A stretch of 64,000 bases of DNA from Vicugna vicugna. Lineage: Eukaryota. The notes beneath the pieces are model-generated. The model did not search any database, had not been told where the DNA came from, and saw only the letters and a program-made list of their open reading frames with translations. The stretch lies in contig MU057652.1 of assembly GCA_013265495.1 (NCBI GenBank), positions 1-64,000 of the forward strand, given 5' to 3'. Below are positions 63,901 through 64,000 of the stretch, piece by piece (the stretch's first letter is position 1; every line of letters begins with the position of its first letter). Made by a program: the position numbers and the translations under genes.

Positions 63901-64000
63901 TGACAAAGAGTCCGCCCTTGGCCAAACTCTAGCTGGGTTCTTCTTTTCCATGAGGCGTCCACCTTAGCCCGTGAAGATGTGCACAAACATTAACAAGGCT
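63901..64000 (+). mobile_element. Start of an ERV1 LTR (MER31/MER4-group-like), running off the window
   Basis: tgacaaagagtccgcccttggccaaactctag resembles the start of these LTRs. Confidence 0.5.

Noticed and set aside
1..64000. A novel multi-gene biological system
   Set aside because: No intact coding genes, operon-like structure or structured RNA can be supported; the visible structure is explained by transposons, a retrocopy, simple repeats and probable assembly artefacts.

Overview
AT-rich, repeat-dense mammalian DNA (gene desert or large intron) from a draft assembly with four N gaps. The youngest L1 3' ends (e.g. 8724-8937, 46001-46410, 49513-50154) look like camelid (alpaca/llama/camel) L1s; this is recognition from memory, not a database result. 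I find no intact protein-coding gene, RNA gene or CRISPR array. Nearly all track ORFs come from L1, LTR or low-complexity DNA. The one clear gene-derived object is an old, near full-length, intronless RAC1 retrocopy on the minus strand (35302-35840). It still ends in a CAAX-like C-F-L-L-stop, and its polybasic codons have become a (GA)10 microsatellite. The rest is L1s of several ages, solo ERV LTRs (several with readable TG..CA ends and TSDs), an ERVL internal fragment, MIR/MER relics and microsatellites. There are also seven 160-330 bp near-identical tandem duplications that look like uncollapsed haplotypes. I cannot support a previously undescribed biological system here. The best leads are LTR-borne repeat arrays (a GTTAAC minisatellite and a 24-bp-phased CCAAT array), a recurrent L1 truncation point and some candidate regulatory stretches. 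Repeat family names and many boundaries are by-eye estimates and need RepeatMasker/Dfam confirmation.
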